Of a stretch of DNA of 64,000 nucleotides, positions 11,984 to 23,168 are shown in pieces (within the stretch, counting starts at the first letter, position 1; each line of letters starts with the position of its first letter). Origin of the DNA: Aestuariirhabdus sp. GTDB lineage: Bacteria; Pseudomonadota; Gammaproteobacteria; Pseudomonadales; Aestuariirhabdaceae. The stretch is from positions 2,118 to 66,117 of the forward strand of contig JAUXFT010000003.1 of assembly GCA_030622755.1 (NCBI GenBank), written 5' to 3'. The position numbers and the translations under genes were made by a program. The notes under the pieces are model-generated. The model was not told the DNA's origin. It saw only the letters and a list, made by a program, of their open reading frames with translations, and ran no database searches.

Positions 11984-12657
11984 GATTTGATATGTTTCTC
12001 GTTGCTTCTGTCCAAAATTTCAACCCAATTATCAATAACATACTGTAAGTCTTTGCCATTATCTTGCATGGCCTGATCAAACTGGGTACGAAACAGCTTC
12101 CCGATATTAATACCATTGATAATGACATTACGAAGCTTCCAGGCCCCACTGGTATCGCGGAACGTGGTAAATGTCAGGGGAATAACGGTACCTGAAGTAG
12201 TGGTCACATCCATCTTTACCGGGACACGACGTTTCTTCAGTAGTTTGCTCTCAACAGGCCTTACTTCAATCTCGATATTGAACTGGTCATCATCCAATTG
12301 CCCTAGAGCTTTACCATAAAACTCCACCAGGCTCTTTTTGAACACCAGTACAAACTGTTGCATCTGTTCATCGCTCGCCTGGCGATTGTATTTTACACTC
12401 ATCACACTATTGGCTATAGCGTCAAAAGCCACCACGGGTGACAACAACTCATCCAACGCATCATACAATGCCTGGGAGTCAACGGCGTATAGAGCGCGAT
12501 GATCCTTAATCAGCAGCATCATACGTGCATTTATTTCACGCACCAACGGCTCGGGGCTATCCTCCGCCGAAGCAACCGAAGCAACCGAAGCAACCGAAGC
12601 AACCAACAAGCCCAACGTGAATACGATCCATTTAAGCACACCCATAACGAGCTCCAT
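11980..12657 (-). CDS. mlaC: Phospholipid-binding periplasmic protein MlaC
   Basis: Signal peptide; WKLRNVIINGINIGKLFRTQF. Confidence 0.92.
   Translation of the reverse strand: MELVMGVLKWIVFTLGLLVASVASVASVASAEDSPEPLVREINARMMLLIKDHRALYAVDSQALYDALDELLSPVVAFDAIANSVMSVKYNRQASDEQMQQFVLVFKKSLVEFYGKALGQLDDDQFNIEIEVRPVESKLLKKRRVPVKMDVTTTSGTVIPLTFTTFRDTSGAWKLRNVIINGINIGKLFRTQFDQAMQDNGKDLQYVIDNWVEILDRSNEKHIKS
12567..12604. repeat. 9-bp tandem repeat (GAAGCAACC)x4 encoding VASVASVASVAS in the MlaC signal peptide
   Basis: Four perfect units at 12569-12604. Confidence 0.95.
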
Positions 12658-12696
12658 CTATACACATACTGTTATTTATCATTAGTCTCTTTGCAC

Positions 12697-13158
12697 TTAG
12701 TCAGTATTAACAGCGTTAAGAATAAATTTACCAATCAACTCCTCTAACACTAAAGCAGATTGAGTATCTTCAAATACATCTCCATCTGCCAGGTATTCAT
12801 CATCACCCCCCACACTGATTCCCAGGTACTGCTCACCCAACAGGCCGGATGTAAGAATAGATGCGGTGCTGTCATACGGAATGTTGTCATATCGACCTTC
12901 AATCTCCATGACTACTCGCGCATCATAGGTTTCCTGGTCAAAATCAATAGACACGACTTTACCGACAGCAACCCCACTCATGGAAACTTTAGCCCGCACA
13001 CCCAAACCACCCACATTACTAAAATGCGCAACCACTTGATAACTATCACTACTGGTAGTAACCGTCAGGCCACTGACTCGTAATGCTACCATCACCAGCG
13101 CCAGAATCCCGGCCACGATAAAAGCCCCGACACTGATTTCCATTGTTCTCATGCGCAT
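12697..13158 (-). CDS. mlaD: MCE-domain protein MlaD
   Basis: FSNVGGL, SILTSGLLGEQY, TQSALVLEELIGKF. Confidence 0.95.
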   Translation of the reverse strand: MRMRTMEISVGAFIVAGILALVMVALRVSGLTVTTSSDSYQVVAHFSNVGGLGVRAKVSMSGVAVGKVVSIDFDQETYDARVVMEIEGRYDNIPYDSTASILTSGLLGEQYLGISVGGDDEYLADGDVFEDTQSALVLEELIGKFILNAVNTD

Positions 13159-13160
13159 TA

Positions 13161-13952
13161 CTAAAGTCCTCCAAACATTACAGCGGTCAATACAAAATCC
13201 AGGCCCAACACAGCAAGAGATGAATAAACAACCGTTCGGGTTGTTGCTCGACTGATTCCCTCCGAGGTAGGAATCGCATCGTATCCTTGAAAAACCGCTA
13301 TCCAGGTCACCACAAAACCAAACACAACACTTTTAATAATGCCATTTAGCACATCGTCCGTGAAACTTACGGAATTTTGCATCACCCCCCAATAAGAACC
13401 CTCATATATTCCAAGCCAATTCACTCCAACCATCGCCCCACCCATAATTCCAACGGCACTAAAGATAAGCGCCAATATCGGCATTGAGATAAATCCCGCC
13501 CAAAAACGCGGGGCAACAATCCTTTTGAGAGGATCGACACCGATCATTTCCATACTCGATAGCTGCTCAGTGGCTTTCATCAGACCGATTTCAGCAGTCA
13601 ACGCAGAGCCGGCACGACCAGCAAACAATAGCGCGGTTACCACAGGGCCCAATTCCCGCACCAGGGTAAGAGCTACCATCTGGCCAACTGCCTGCTCTGA
13701 GCCGTAGGTCACCAGAATATTATAGCCTTGCAGGCTCAGCACCATGCCGATAAACAGCCCCGATACGGTGATAATAACCAGCGATAAAACGCCTACAGAA
13801 TACAGCTGGGCTAACAATAATTGGTAACGAGATCCGAAAACAGAACGTCCAAAAATCGCTCGCGACAACATGATCACCGAACGTCCCAGCGCCTCAAAAC
13901 CCTCAAGACCCGCCCGCCCCAGCAAACGTAAACGCGCCAGCAACTTATGCAT
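13161..13952 (-). CDS. mlaE: ABC permease MlaE
   Basis: [19 protein letters not shown]; true start MHKLL at 13952 overlaps the mlaF stop. Confidence 0.95.
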   Translation of the reverse strand: MHKLLARLRLLGRAGLEGFEALGRSVIMLSRAIFGRSVFGSRYQLLLAQLYSVGVLSLVIITVSGLFIGMVLSLQGYNILVTYGSEQAVGQMVALTLVRELGPVVTALLFAGRAGSALTAEIGLMKATEQLSSMEMIGVDPLKRIVAPRFWAGFISMPILALIFSAVGIMGGAMVGVNWLGIYEGSYWGVMQNSVSFTDDVLNGIIKSVVFGFVVTWIAVFQGYDAIPTSEGISRATTRTVVYSSLAVLGLDFVLTAVMFGGL

Positions 13953-14760
13953 CACCACTCCCCAAAAGATCTTCCCTATAATCCTTGGCGGGATATTGAA
14001 AGGGGACCGGTCCATCCGGCAATCCCTGCATAAATTGCCGTATGCGGGGATCTTCCGAGTTAAGCATCTGCTGTGGTGTACCAAACCCCAACACATGAGT
14101 ATCACCAACCACATAGATGTAGTCAGAAATGCTGGCCGTTTCACGCACATCATGAGAAACAATCACACTGGTAAGCTTGAGCGCATCATTTAGCATTCTT
14201 ATCAACTGCACCAAAACCCCCATTGCCATGGGATCCTGCCCTACAAAGGGTTCATCGTACATGATCATTTCTGGATCCAGGACAATCGCTCGCGCCAGGG
14301 CTACTCGGCGCGCCATACCTCCGGAGAGCTCACTTGGCATAAGATCTCGTGCCCCACGAAGTCCTACCGCATGCAACTTCATCAATACCATGTCACGAAT
14401 CAATGCCTCACTGAGATCAGTGTGCACCCGTAAAGGAAAAGCAATATTTTCATACACACTAAGGTCAGTAAACAACGCACCGCTTTGAAACAGCATTCCC
14501 ATCTTTTTGCGCACAGAAAACAATTTGCTACGCTTCATGGTGGTGGTATTTTCACCATCGACCAGGACACAGCCCCTATCCGGCCTAAGCTGTGCGCCTA
14601 TCAATTTTAAAAGCGTTGTTTTACCGGTGCCGCTCGGCCCCATAATGCCGGTAACTTTACCACGCGGAATAGCGATATCCACTTTATCAAAAATAACTCG
14701 CTCGCCTCGGCTGAAGCTCAGTCCCTGCATTTCGATATACGGGTCTTCACACAATTCCAT
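13945..14760 (-). CDS. mlaF: ABC ATPase MlaF
   Basis: [28 protein letters not shown]. Confidence 0.95.
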   Translation of the reverse strand: MELCEDPYIEMQGLSFSRGERVIFDKVDIAIPRGKVTGIMGPSGTGKTTLLKLIGAQLRPDRGCVLVDGENTTTMKRSKLFSVRKKMGMLFQSGALFTDLSVYENIAFPLRVHTDLSEALIRDMVLMKLHAVGLRGARDLMPSELSGGMARRVALARAIVLDPEMIMYDEPFVGQDPMAMGVLVQLIRMLNDALKLTSVIVSHDVRETASISDYIYVVGDTHVLGFGTPQQMLNSEDPRIRQFMQGLPDGPVPFQYPAKDYREDLLGSGDA

Positions 14761-14953
14761 TTACTGGCCAACTCCTAAAAAGTTCATCTATTAATCAGGC
14801 CCTTAGGGCAAAATACCCACAACGCTGCCATTCTATCCGAATTCCTATATATTTCTCTAAATTTTAATTAGTGACGACACCAACCGTCAGCGAACTCTTG
14901 CAATAACCTTAGATAATCTCTTTAATTGGCTCCCAATTTTACGGAATAACCCC

Positions 14954-15919
14954 ATGCTACTGGCATCGCTAACAATACTGGCAGGATTTGTCGCCTTAAT
15001 ATGGAGTGCAGACCGTTTCGTGGACGGCGCATCAGCGACAGCCAAGCAGTTAGGCATGTCGCCATTGCTTATTGGCCTGACCGTAGTCTCACTTGGTACC
15101 TCTGCCCCGGAAATACTCGTTTCCCTTATGGCCTCTCTTGATGGGCACGCCGGACTGGCAGTCGGTAACGCTATCGGCTCGAACATCGCCAACATCGGCC
15201 TTGTCCTGGCAATTACTGCCCTTATTGCCCCCCTGCCGGTGAAAAATTCATTAGTAGCTCGAGAGATCCCCTTACTTTTACTGATAACCCTGGTTGCCGG
15301 TCTTTGTCTGTTTAACCTTAACCTCGGGGTTCTCGACGGAGTAATACTGATCACTGGCTTATTCGTAACATTATATTTACTGTTTCGCTGGCAAAAACCA
15401 CCGCTTGATGCGGAAAACCTGGAATTTGCAGCTGAAGAAGAGGCTGAAATTCCAGACTTGAGCCTAAAGCAAGCTCTCGGCCTGTTACTCAGCGCATTAA
15501 TAGTTTTATTGATTAGCTCACGGGGACTCGTATGGGGCGCCACAGAAGTAGCCCACTATTTCGGAGTCAGTGATCTAATTATCGGGCTAACCATCGTAGC
15601 CGTTGGCACCAGTTTACCAGAACTGGCAGCATCCATTGCCAGTGCCTTAAAAAAGCATCACGACATAGCTTTGGGCAACATCGTGGGTTCTAACATATTC
15701 AATTTGCTCGCCGTGCTGGCAATACCTGGCCTACTCGCTCCAACCACATTTTCTCCAGAGATTTTCTTTCGCGACTATCTTTCCATGCTTGGCTTTACTC
15801 TTTTACTGGTTGTTATGGCCTGGATAGCGCTTCATAAAGGGCTTATTGGACGCGCAAGCGGTACCATTCTCTTTGTTTGTTATAGCGCGTATTATGTCGC
15901 CTTGTACTTTACTCTATAA
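14954..15919 (+). CDS. yrbG: Ca2+/Na+ antiporter YrbG
   Basis: Two alpha repeats GTSAPE..GSNIAN and GTSLPE..GSNIFN. Confidence 0.93.
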   Translation: MLLASLTILAGFVALIWSADRFVDGASATAKQLGMSPLLIGLTVVSLGTSAPEILVSLMASLDGHAGLAVGNAIGSNIANIGLVLAITALIAPLPVKNSLVAREIPLLLLITLVAGLCLFNLNLGVLDGVILITGLFVTLYLLFRWQKPPLDAENLEFAAEEEAEIPDLSLKQALGLLLSALIVLLISSRGLVWGATEVAHYFGVSDLIIGLTIVAVGTSLPELAASIASALKKHHDIALGNIVGSNIFNLLAVLAIPGLLAPTTFSPEIFFRDYLSMLGFTLLLVVMAWIALHKGLIGRASGTILFVCYSAYYVALYFTL

Positions 15920-16043
15920 GTAAATATGAATAACTCCACCCTGTAATGCAGGGTTATCACTTTATAAACGGCTGCACAAGTAACTATCCAGCCACCAGTA
16001 TTTGACAGCGTTACCGCATTAAAATACTCAAAAGGTTTACAGC

Positions 16044-17012
16044 ATGAGTGACAGTTTTCAGGAATCCGGTCTTCGGACCGTTCGAATGGAGCAAGAGGCT
16101 ATAGAGCAGTTACAGCTTCGTATCGATGACCAATTCTCCCGCGCCTGTAATTTGCTGCTTAACTGTCCTGGTCGTATTGTTGTGGTCGGCATGGGCAAAT
16201 CCGGACACATTGGTAAAAAAATAGCCGCTACTCTGGCAAGCACCGGCAGCCCTGCATTTTTTGTTCATCCGGGTGAAGCCAGTCATGGTGATCTCGGCAT
16301 GATTACCAGTAATGATGTTGTAATAACCCTGTCTAATTCAGGCAATACTGTCGAAACGGTCACCCTTATCCCACTCTTAAAACGCCTTGGCGTCCCCATG
16401 ATAAGTATGACCGGAAACGCCGATTCCACTCTGGCTCAAGCTGCGGACGTCAACCTTGATACCAGCGTTCTTGAAGAAGCCTGCCCCCTGAACCTGGCGC
16501 CCACCTCCAGCACTACTGTTTCTCTGGTCATGGGAGACGCCCTTGCTATCGCACTATTAGAAAACCGTGGGTTCAGTTCGGAAGATTTCGCTTTTTCCCA
16601 CCCCGGAGGAGCGCTTGGACGCCGACTATTACTTAAGGTAGATGACATAATGCATAGCGGAGAGCGCCTGCCCGCCGTAACAGAAGGCACTTTGCTCAGG
16701 GATGCATTGCTCGAGATGACTCAAAAAGGGCTGGGCATGACGGCGATAGTAAATCCACAGGGAAAACTTAACGGAGTATTTACCGACGGAGACCTGCGCC
16801 GCTCATTAGATCGCGAACTGAATATGGCAACCACGTTGATCGATGACGTAATGACCATCAACTGCAAAACAATTACTGTTGGTACACTGGCTGCCGAAGC
16901 CGTCCACGTTATGGAAGAAACCAAAATTAATGGGCTAATCGTCGTTGATGCCCAACAAAACGCAGTGGGTGCACTCAATATGCACGACCTGTTACGCGCC
17001 GGGGTTGTCTAA
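16044..17012 (+). CDS. kdsD: Arabinose-5-phosphate isomerase
   Basis: GMGKSGHIG, EASHGDLG, HPGGALG, CBS pair. Confidence 0.96.
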   Translation: MSDSFQESGLRTVRMEQEAIEQLQLRIDDQFSRACNLLLNCPGRIVVVGMGKSGHIGKKIAATLASTGSPAFFVHPGEASHGDLGMITSNDVVITLSNSGNTVETVTLIPLLKRLGVPMISMTGNADSTLAQAADVNLDTSVLEEACPLNLAPTSSTTVSLVMGDALAIALLENRGFSSEDFAFSHPGGALGRRLLLKVDDIMHSGERLPAVTEGTLLRDALLEMTQKGLGMTAIVNPQGKLNGVFTDGDLRRSLDRELNMATTLIDDVMTINCKTITVGTLAAEAVHVMEETKINGLIVVDAQQNAVGALNMHDLLRAGVV

Positions 17013-17536
17013 TGTTTAACGCTCTTCGCCAACAAGCCGCAAAAATCCGTCTCGCTGTATTTGATGTTGATGGTGTTTTGACAGACGGGCATCTCTACTT
17101 CAATGAAAACGGTGAGGAGATGAAAGCGTTCTGCACTCTCGATGGCCAGGGCATCAAGATGCTACAACGCTCAGGTATCGACACAGCAATTATTACCGGG
17201 CGAACCTCCAGGCTTGTAGCCCGTCGAGCTTCCGATCTTGGCATTAAGCATATTTACCAGGGTCGTGAAGATAAACTCACTGCACTGCAGGAACTACTCC
17301 CCGATCTTGGCCTGACCCTGGATCAAGTTGCCTATCTGGGTGATGACCTACCTGATCTAGCCGCAATACGACAAGTTGGCTTAGGTGCTGCAGTCGCAAA
17401 CGCTCATGCTTTCGTCCAGCAATACGCCATCGCCACCACTCAGGCTTCAGGTGGAAATGGTGCCGCTCGCGAGTTTTGCGATGCGCTGCTTGATGCTCAG
17501 GACAAACTCCAGCCCATGCTGGATAAATACTTGTGA
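17012..17536 (+). CDS. kdsC: KDO-8-phosphate phosphatase
   Basis: FDVDGVLTDG, GDDLPD, GAAREF. Confidence 0.95.
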   Translation: MFNALRQQAAKIRLAVFDVDGVLTDGHLYFNENGEEMKAFCTLDGQGIKMLQRSGIDTAIITGRTSRLVARRASDLGIKHIYQGREDKLTALQELLPDLGLTLDQVAYLGDDLPDLAAIRQVGLGAAVANAHAFVQQYAIATTQASGGNGAAREFCDALLDAQDKLQPMLDKYL

Positions 17537-17546
17537 GCTCCCGGCC

Positions 17547-18116
17547 ATGAAAGCACTATTGATCACCGTAGCCATGGCAATGCTTGTTCTTTATGCAGGC
17601 TATTACCTCTATGAAAACACTCCGTTAAAACAAGCACTTAATCCACCAAATATTGACCCTCGAGAAAGACTGGAAGAAGATTTCTACCTGAGTAAAGCCG
17701 AGGTGGTTAGTTACAACTCACAGGGAAAAATGAATTATCAAATCAATGCCGAACAGTTCAATCATTTTCCTCACAATGACACTACGATGATTCTCGCACC
17801 GGATATGATGCTTTATCGAGATAACGGAACCAGCCATATTGTTGCTCAGTATGGGAAATTGCTACCGGGGAACGAAGATCTGGAACTCTGGGATGACGTA
17901 GTGATGATTTCCCGGTCTCTTAAAGGACAACAAAACGGACGCCTTGATACCGACTTCATCACGCTTTACTCTAATCAGGAGATCGCATCAACCAGTCGTC
18001 CTGTTAAAATCGTAACTCCGACCGGAGCCACTACAGCACAAGGCATGAAAGCGTATCTCCAGCAAGACCGAATCGAGCTACTATCTAATGTAAGAGGCAT
18101 TTATGAGCATCATTAG
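17547..18116 (+). CDS. lptC: LPS export protein LptC
   Basis: N-terminal TM, C-terminal IELLSNVRGIY; start MKALL at 17547; synteny. Confidence 0.88.
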   Translation: MKALLITVAMAMLVLYAGYYLYENTPLKQALNPPNIDPRERLEEDFYLSKAEVVSYNSQGKMNYQINAEQFNHFPHNDTTMILAPDMMLYRDNGTSHIVAQYGKLLPGNEDLELWDDVVMISRSLKGQQNGRLDTDFITLYSNQEIASTSRPVKIVTPTGATTAQGMKAYLQQDRIELLSNVRGIYEHH

Positions 18117-18615
18117 TACCCTGCGCTGGATTCTTCCTGCGCTAATGGCCGTCAGCGCCGTCGTTCATGCGCTACCAGAGGATCGGGAAAAACCTATCCA
18201 CATCAAGGCAGATTTTGCAGATATCGATGAGGGTGCAGGCAGTGCTGTGTATACCGGAGATGTCGTCATGACTCAGGGAACGATTAAAATCACAGGGCAA
18301 AAAGTCACTATTCACTCTGACGATTCAGGCGTAACACGTATGATTGCCGAAGGTGCTCCCGCTCACTATCAGGAAAAACCTTCAATCGACGAAGCACTTA
18401 TCAAAGCCTATGGAGATACCATTGATTACTCGGTCTCCACTGAAGAAATTCAGATACTCAATAATGCCAAACTTTATCAAAGAGAAGATTCTTTCTATGG
18501 TGACCGTGTTCATTACAACATGAAAACCCAAATAGTGAACGCCAAAAGCGATCCAACCAAAGATGGTTCGGGCAGCCGCGTGCAAATGGTTATCCAACCC
18601 AAAAAGAAGAAGTAG
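18103..18615 (+). CDS. lptA: LPS transport periplasmic protein LptA
   Basis: ALPEDREKPIHIKAD, YTGDVVMTQG, RVQMVIQP. Confidence 0.93.
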   Translation: MSIISTLRWILPALMAVSAVVHALPEDREKPIHIKADFADIDEGAGSAVYTGDVVMTQGTIKITGQKVTIHSDDSGVTRMIAEGAPAHYQEKPSIDEALIKAYGDTIDYSVSTEEIQILNNAKLYQREDSFYGDRVHYNMKTQIVNAKSDPTKDGSGSRVQMVIQPKKKK

Positions 18616-18624
18616 CCCAACCCT

Positions 18625-19350
18625 ATGGCGACCCTCAAAGCATTACACCTGGCAAAAAGTTACCGTGGTCGACACGTGGTTGAAGATATATCCCTTTCCA
18701 TTAATAGCCATCAAATCGTGGGATTACTTGGCCCAAACGGAGCCGGTAAGACCACCAGTTTTTATATGATCGTCGGCCTGGTAAAGTCAGATAACGGACA
18801 AATTCTTATAGACGGTGAAGATATCACGCACTTACCGATGCACGGCAGGGCGCGCAAGGGAATCGGTTACCTGACTCAGGAAGCATCCATTTTCCGTAAA
18901 CTGACAGTCACCGACAATATTCTTGCCATTCTGGAAACTCGCAAGGATCTCAACCGCAAACAGCGTTTGGAAAAACTGGAAACGTTGTTACAGGAGTTCA
19001 GTATTGGACATATTCGCAACAGCAAAGGCATCAGTTTATCTGGCGGCGAACGCCGGCGAGTAGAGATTGCCAGAGCGCTGGCAACGGAACCCGCATTCAT
19101 ACTCCTCGACGAACCCTTTGCCGGGGTGGACCCCATCTCTGTCAACGACATCAAAGATGTCGTAAGACACCTTCGGGACAAAGGTATCGGTGTTCTCATT
19201 ACCGATCATAATGTTCGTGAGACCCTGGATATCTGTGAACTCGCTTATATTGTCAGTGAGGGGAAAATAATAGCAGAAGGTGATTCGGAAACAATTCTGA
19301 ACAATCAAAAAGTGAAAGATGTATATCTCGGCCATGAGTTTAAAATATAG
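18625..19350 (+). CDS. lptB: LPS export ABC ATPase
   Basis: [35 protein letters not shown]. Confidence 0.97.
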   Translation: MATLKALHLAKSYRGRHVVEDISLSINSHQIVGLLGPNGAGKTTSFYMIVGLVKSDNGQILIDGEDITHLPMHGRARKGIGYLTQEASIFRKLTVTDNILAILETRKDLNRKQRLEKLETLLQEFSIGHIRNSKGISLSGGERRRVEIARALATEPAFILLDEPFAGVDPISVNDIKDVVRHLRDKGIGVLITDHNVRETLDICELAYIVSEGKIIAEGDSETILNNQKVKDVYLGHEFKI

Positions 19351-19468
19351 GGAGATAAATACCCATACAGCTATGATTCCTTGCGGTTTTTCTTGCCAGC
19401 GCAAGGCTGTTAAAAATGCATTTACTCCGGAGTATTACTAAACCTATGGATCGGTCACACAAGAGTTT

Positions 19469-21001
19469 ATGAAACCATCCCTCGTTCTAAAAATGAGCCA
19501 GCAGCTGACGATGACACCCCAGCTGCAACAGGCTATAAAACTCCTCCAGCTTTCAACCCTTGACCTCCAGCAAGAGATTCAACAAGCGCTCGAATCCAAC
19601 CCCATGCTAGAACTGGAAGAGAGCACGGATAGCGATTTGGCAGAAAGCAACGCCGAGGCTGCCAGCAACGATTCCCAACAACCCAATAATCCGGAAAAAC
19701 TAACCAACGACGAAGAACGTACGCGGTTACAGCAAGAGTCAGATCGCTCGAATAATGAAACCGAAGTAATGTCAACTGATTGGGATAACAGCATTCCTAC
19801 TGACTTGCCGGTCGACACCGCCTGGGATGATGTCTATCAGTCCAGTTTGCCACCCTCTTCCACGCCATCATCAAATGACGATTTCAGCTCTTCGTCGCGC
19901 TCAACTACCTCTGAATCATTGCAATCCCACCTTGAGTGGCAGCTCAACGTCATACCGATGTCGGATGTCGACCGAATCATTGCGATGTCAATTATCGATG
20001 CTCTTGAAGATGACGGCTATCTAGGCTGCAGCTGCGAAGATCTGCTGGAAAGTCTGAGTAGTGAATTCGAAGATCTGGAACTTGATGAAATTGAAGCAGT
20101 CTTGCATCGAATTCAGCAGTTTGACCCTGTCGGCGTTGCCGCACGGTCACTCAGCGAATGCTTACTAATTCAGCTATCGCAGTTGCCTGATTCTACCCCT
20201 CACTTGAGCTCAGCAACGTTAATTGTTCAAAAATACATCAACTTACTGGGCAATCATGATTACGTTCAGCTACAGCGCAAGGCTCGAATAAAGGAACCTG
20301 AACTCAAGGCGTCAATAGAGCTTATTCAATCGCTCTACCCCAAACCCGGATCTCTAATCCAGGGAAGCGAGCCAGAGTATGTAATCCCCGATGTCAGCGT
20401 CAAAAAAGTGAATTCTCGTTGGATTGTAGAGCTGAATGCCGATTCCCTGCCCAAAGTCCGCATAAATTCCGGATATGCTTCCCTGGTGAAACGCGCCGAC
20501 AACAGCTCGGATAACACCTACCTTAAAAACCATTTGCAGGAAGCGCGCTGGTTTCTCAAGAGCCTCTTGAGCCGCAATCAAACCCTGATGAAAGTCGCCA
20601 CCCAGATAGTTAAGCACCAACAAGGCTTTCTCGAGTATGGCGAAGAAGCGATGAAACCCCTGGTGTTGCACGATATTGCCGACGCTGTAGGAATGCATGA
20701 ATCCACAATTTCACGGGTCACTACGCAAAAATACATGCATACCCCTCGAGGTATTTTTGAACTAAAATATTTTTTCTCAAGCCACGTCAGCACTGCCAGC
20801 GGAGGAGAGTGCTCTTCAACCGCTATCCGGGCAATTATCAAAAAGCTGGTTGCAGCTGAAAACCCGAAAAAACCGTTGAGTGATAGTAAAATTGCTGGTT
20901 TACTCGCGGAACAAGGGATCAAAGTTGCGCGCAGGACGATTGCAAAATATCGGGAATCTCTACTTATTCCTCCCTCTAACGAACGCAAACGTCTTGTATA
21001 G
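19469..21001 (+). CDS. rpoN: RNA polymerase sigma-54
   Basis: [21 protein letters not shown], RpoN box [10 protein letters not shown]. Confidence 0.98.
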   Translation: MKPSLVLKMSQQLTMTPQLQQAIKLLQLSTLDLQQEIQQALESNPMLELEESTDSDLAESNAEAASNDSQQPNNPEKLTNDEERTRLQQESDRSNNETEVMSTDWDNSIPTDLPVDTAWDDVYQSSLPPSSTPSSNDDFSSSSRSTTSESLQSHLEWQLNVIPMSDVDRIIAMSIIDALEDDGYLGCSCEDLLESLSSEFEDLELDEIEAVLHRIQQFDPVGVAARSLSECLLIQLSQLPDSTPHLSSATLIVQKYINLLGNHDYVQLQRKARIKEPELKASIELIQSLYPKPGSLIQGSEPEYVIPDVSVKKVNSRWIVELNADSLPKVRINSGYASLVKRADNSSDNTYLKNHLQEARWFLKSLLSRNQTLMKVATQIVKHQQGFLEYGEEAMKPLVLHDIADAVGMHESTISRVTTQKYMHTPRGIFELKYFFSSHVSTASGGECSSTAIRAIIKKLVAAENPKKPLSDSKIAGLLAEQGIKVARRTIAKYRESLLIPPSNERKRLV

Positions 21002-21124
21002 GTTATATTGATTGACGGCAACATTGTTTTATTTCGCCTCGTATAATATGAGTGTAAGAGGCAACAGTACGAATCCAGCATAATGCGGATTCGAATCAAC
21101 CAAACAACATCAGGAGAAATACGC

Positions 21125-21421
21125 ATGCAAATCAATATTAGTGGCCATCATGTTGATGTTACTGAGGCATTGCGTGAATATGTCAGCACCAAAGTGGATC
21201 GTCTCGCTCGCCACTTTGATACTATAACCAGTGCTAATGTCACCCTTAGCGTTGAAAAACAGGGCCAAAAAGCAGAGGCCAACCTTCACGTTAGAGGCGC
21301 AGATATTCATGCCACTGCCGAGCATGCCGATATGTACGCTGCCATTGATTTGCTTGCTGATAAGCTGGATCGCCAGCTCATGAAGCATAAAGAAAAACAT
21401 ATGGATAAAGCAGGTCGTTAA
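21125..21421 (+). CDS. hpf: Ribosome hibernation promoting factor (short HPF)
   Basis: MQINISGHHVDVTEALREYV, DMYAAID; SD AGGAG before 21125. Confidence 0.95.
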   Translation: MQINISGHHVDVTEALREYVSTKVDRLARHFDTITSANVTLSVEKQGQKAEANLHVRGADIHATAEHADMYAAIDLLADKLDRQLMKHKEKHMDKAGR

Positions 21422-21431
21422 TTAATTTCAC

Positions 21432-21890
21432 ATGAACCTGGCATCTCTTCTTAGCCCCGACCGTAGCCTGTGCGCCTCGATCGGCGGCAGTAAAAAACGT
21501 GTACTTGAAACTCTCTCCGAGGCAATTGCACAAAACACTCCTGACATCACAGCCGACGCTGTTTTCAATGGCCTCATTGAACGAGAGCGTCTCGGAAGCA
21601 CTGGCTTTGGAAATGGTATAGCCATTCCCCACTGTCGATTAGAATCCTGCACTGAACCGCTGGCTGCACTTATGACTTTGAGCGAAGGTGTAGATTTCGA
21701 TGCCATGGACGGTCACGCCGTGGACATCGTTTTTGCTCTGGTTGTCCCCAGCAACGCCTCAAACGAGCATCTGGAAATCCTCAAGGAACTGGCCGTCCGC
21801 CTGAACAACGCCAGCTACCGTAACAATTTGCGTAACGCGGAAAATAATGGTTCGTTATACCAGCTTGCGACGGCCCGGCTCGAAGTATAA
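21432..21890 (+). CDS. ptsN: PTS IIA(Ntr)
   Basis: SKKRVLE, RERLGSTGFGNGIAIPH. Confidence 0.95.
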   Translation: MNLASLLSPDRSLCASIGGSKKRVLETLSEAIAQNTPDITADAVFNGLIERERLGSTGFGNGIAIPHCRLESCTEPLAALMTLSEGVDFDAMDGHAVDIVFALVVPSNASNEHLEILKELAVRLNNASYRNNLRNAENNGSLYQLATARLEV

Positions 21891-22017
21891 CCAAGCGCTC
21901 GCAGACGCCTCTTTCTTCAGCTGATATACTTCTTTCAATGTTGAGAGCTATCTGACATTGAAGAGATAGATAACTCAAGCTCTCAGGGAAACGTAATATT
22001 CACAGGCAAGGTTAGCC

Positions 22018-22896
22018 ATGAGACTAGTCATCATTAGCGGTCGATCCGGGTCCGGTAAAAGTAGTGCATTACATGTATTAGAGGACCAGGGGTATTACTG
22101 TGTTGACAACATGCCAGCCGGATTACTCGGCTCCCTGGCGAGGGAAATATCCAATGAACAGGCTCTGCGCAATGCTGCAGTCAGCATCGACGCGCGCAAC
22201 ATGCATTCCGATCTCAAACAGTTCCCAAAAATTCTGGCCCGGCTGAAAAAAAACGATGTGCACTGTGAAGTAATATATCTGGACGCCGACCCCTCAACAC
22301 TACTCAAACGCTTTAGCGAAACCCGACGAAGACATCCACTTTCCACCGAAACCTGCTCCCTGGAGGAGGCTATTCATGCCGAAAGCACGTTACTGGAACC
22401 TCTCAAGGATAAAGCCGACCTGACCCTGGATACCAGCGCTTTGTCCCTGCACGAGCTACGTGACCTGATAAGTACCCGTGTCGCCAACCATACCGATGGC
22501 AATCTGGCATTACTGTTTCAATCCTTTGGCTTCAAGCGGGGAATTCCCATCGATGCAGACTACGTTTTTGATGTACGTTGCCTGCCAAACCCATACTGGG
22601 TAGCATCGCTTAGGGTATTTTCAGGATTAGACAAGCCGGTACAGGAGTTTTTGGCTGCGGAGCCTGAGGTCCTGGAAATGCAAACAGACATTGCACGCTT
22701 TGTGGAACGTTGGCTACCCAGGTTTGAAGCCAATAACCGAAGTTATCTCACAATAGCCATCGGCTGTACCGGAGGGCACCATCGTTCAGTTTACCTGAGT
22801 GAACAACTGGCCCGACATTTTTCCGATATGGTTAAAAATGTCCAGGTTCGCCATCGTGAACTGCCAACCACAAAAGAACAATCCAAAAAAATATGA
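22018..22896 (+). CDS. rapZ: RNase adapter RapZ
   Basis: [32 protein letters not shown]. Confidence 0.96.
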   Translation: MRLVIISGRSGSGKSSALHVLEDQGYYCVDNMPAGLLGSLAREISNEQALRNAAVSIDARNMHSDLKQFPKILARLKKNDVHCEVIYLDADPSTLLKRFSETRRRHPLSTETCSLEEAIHAESTLLEPLKDKADLTLDTSALSLHELRDLISTRVANHTDGNLALLFQSFGFKRGIPIDADYVFDVRCLPNPYWVASLRVFSGLDKPVQEFLAAEPEVLEMQTDIARFVERWLPRFEANNRSYLTIAIGCTGGHHRSVYLSEQLARHFSDMVKNVQVRHRELPTTKEQSKKI

Positions 22897-23162
22897 TTCA
22901 GACAACCATTACGATTATCAATAAACTGGGACTACACGCACGGGCCGCTTCAAAATTTGTCACTACCGCTGCAGCATTTGGCAGCAAAATACAGATCGGC
23001 AAAGAGGGTACGATGGTCGACGGGAAAAGCATTATGTCGGTCATGTTACTGGCTGCCAGTCAGGACTCCGAGCTGGACCTGCACATCGATGGCGATGACG
23101 AACAACGCGCGTTTGAGGCGATCAGCGACTTAGTTAACGACTATTTTGGTGAAGGCGAATAA
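22893..23162 (+). CDS. npr: Phosphocarrier NPr
   Basis: [21 protein letters not shown]. Confidence 0.94.
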   Translation: MIQTTITIINKLGLHARAASKFVTTAAAFGSKIQIGKEGTMVDGKSIMSVMLLAASQDSELDLHIDGDDEQRAFEAISDLVNDYFGEGE

Positions 23163-23168
23163 ATAGCA

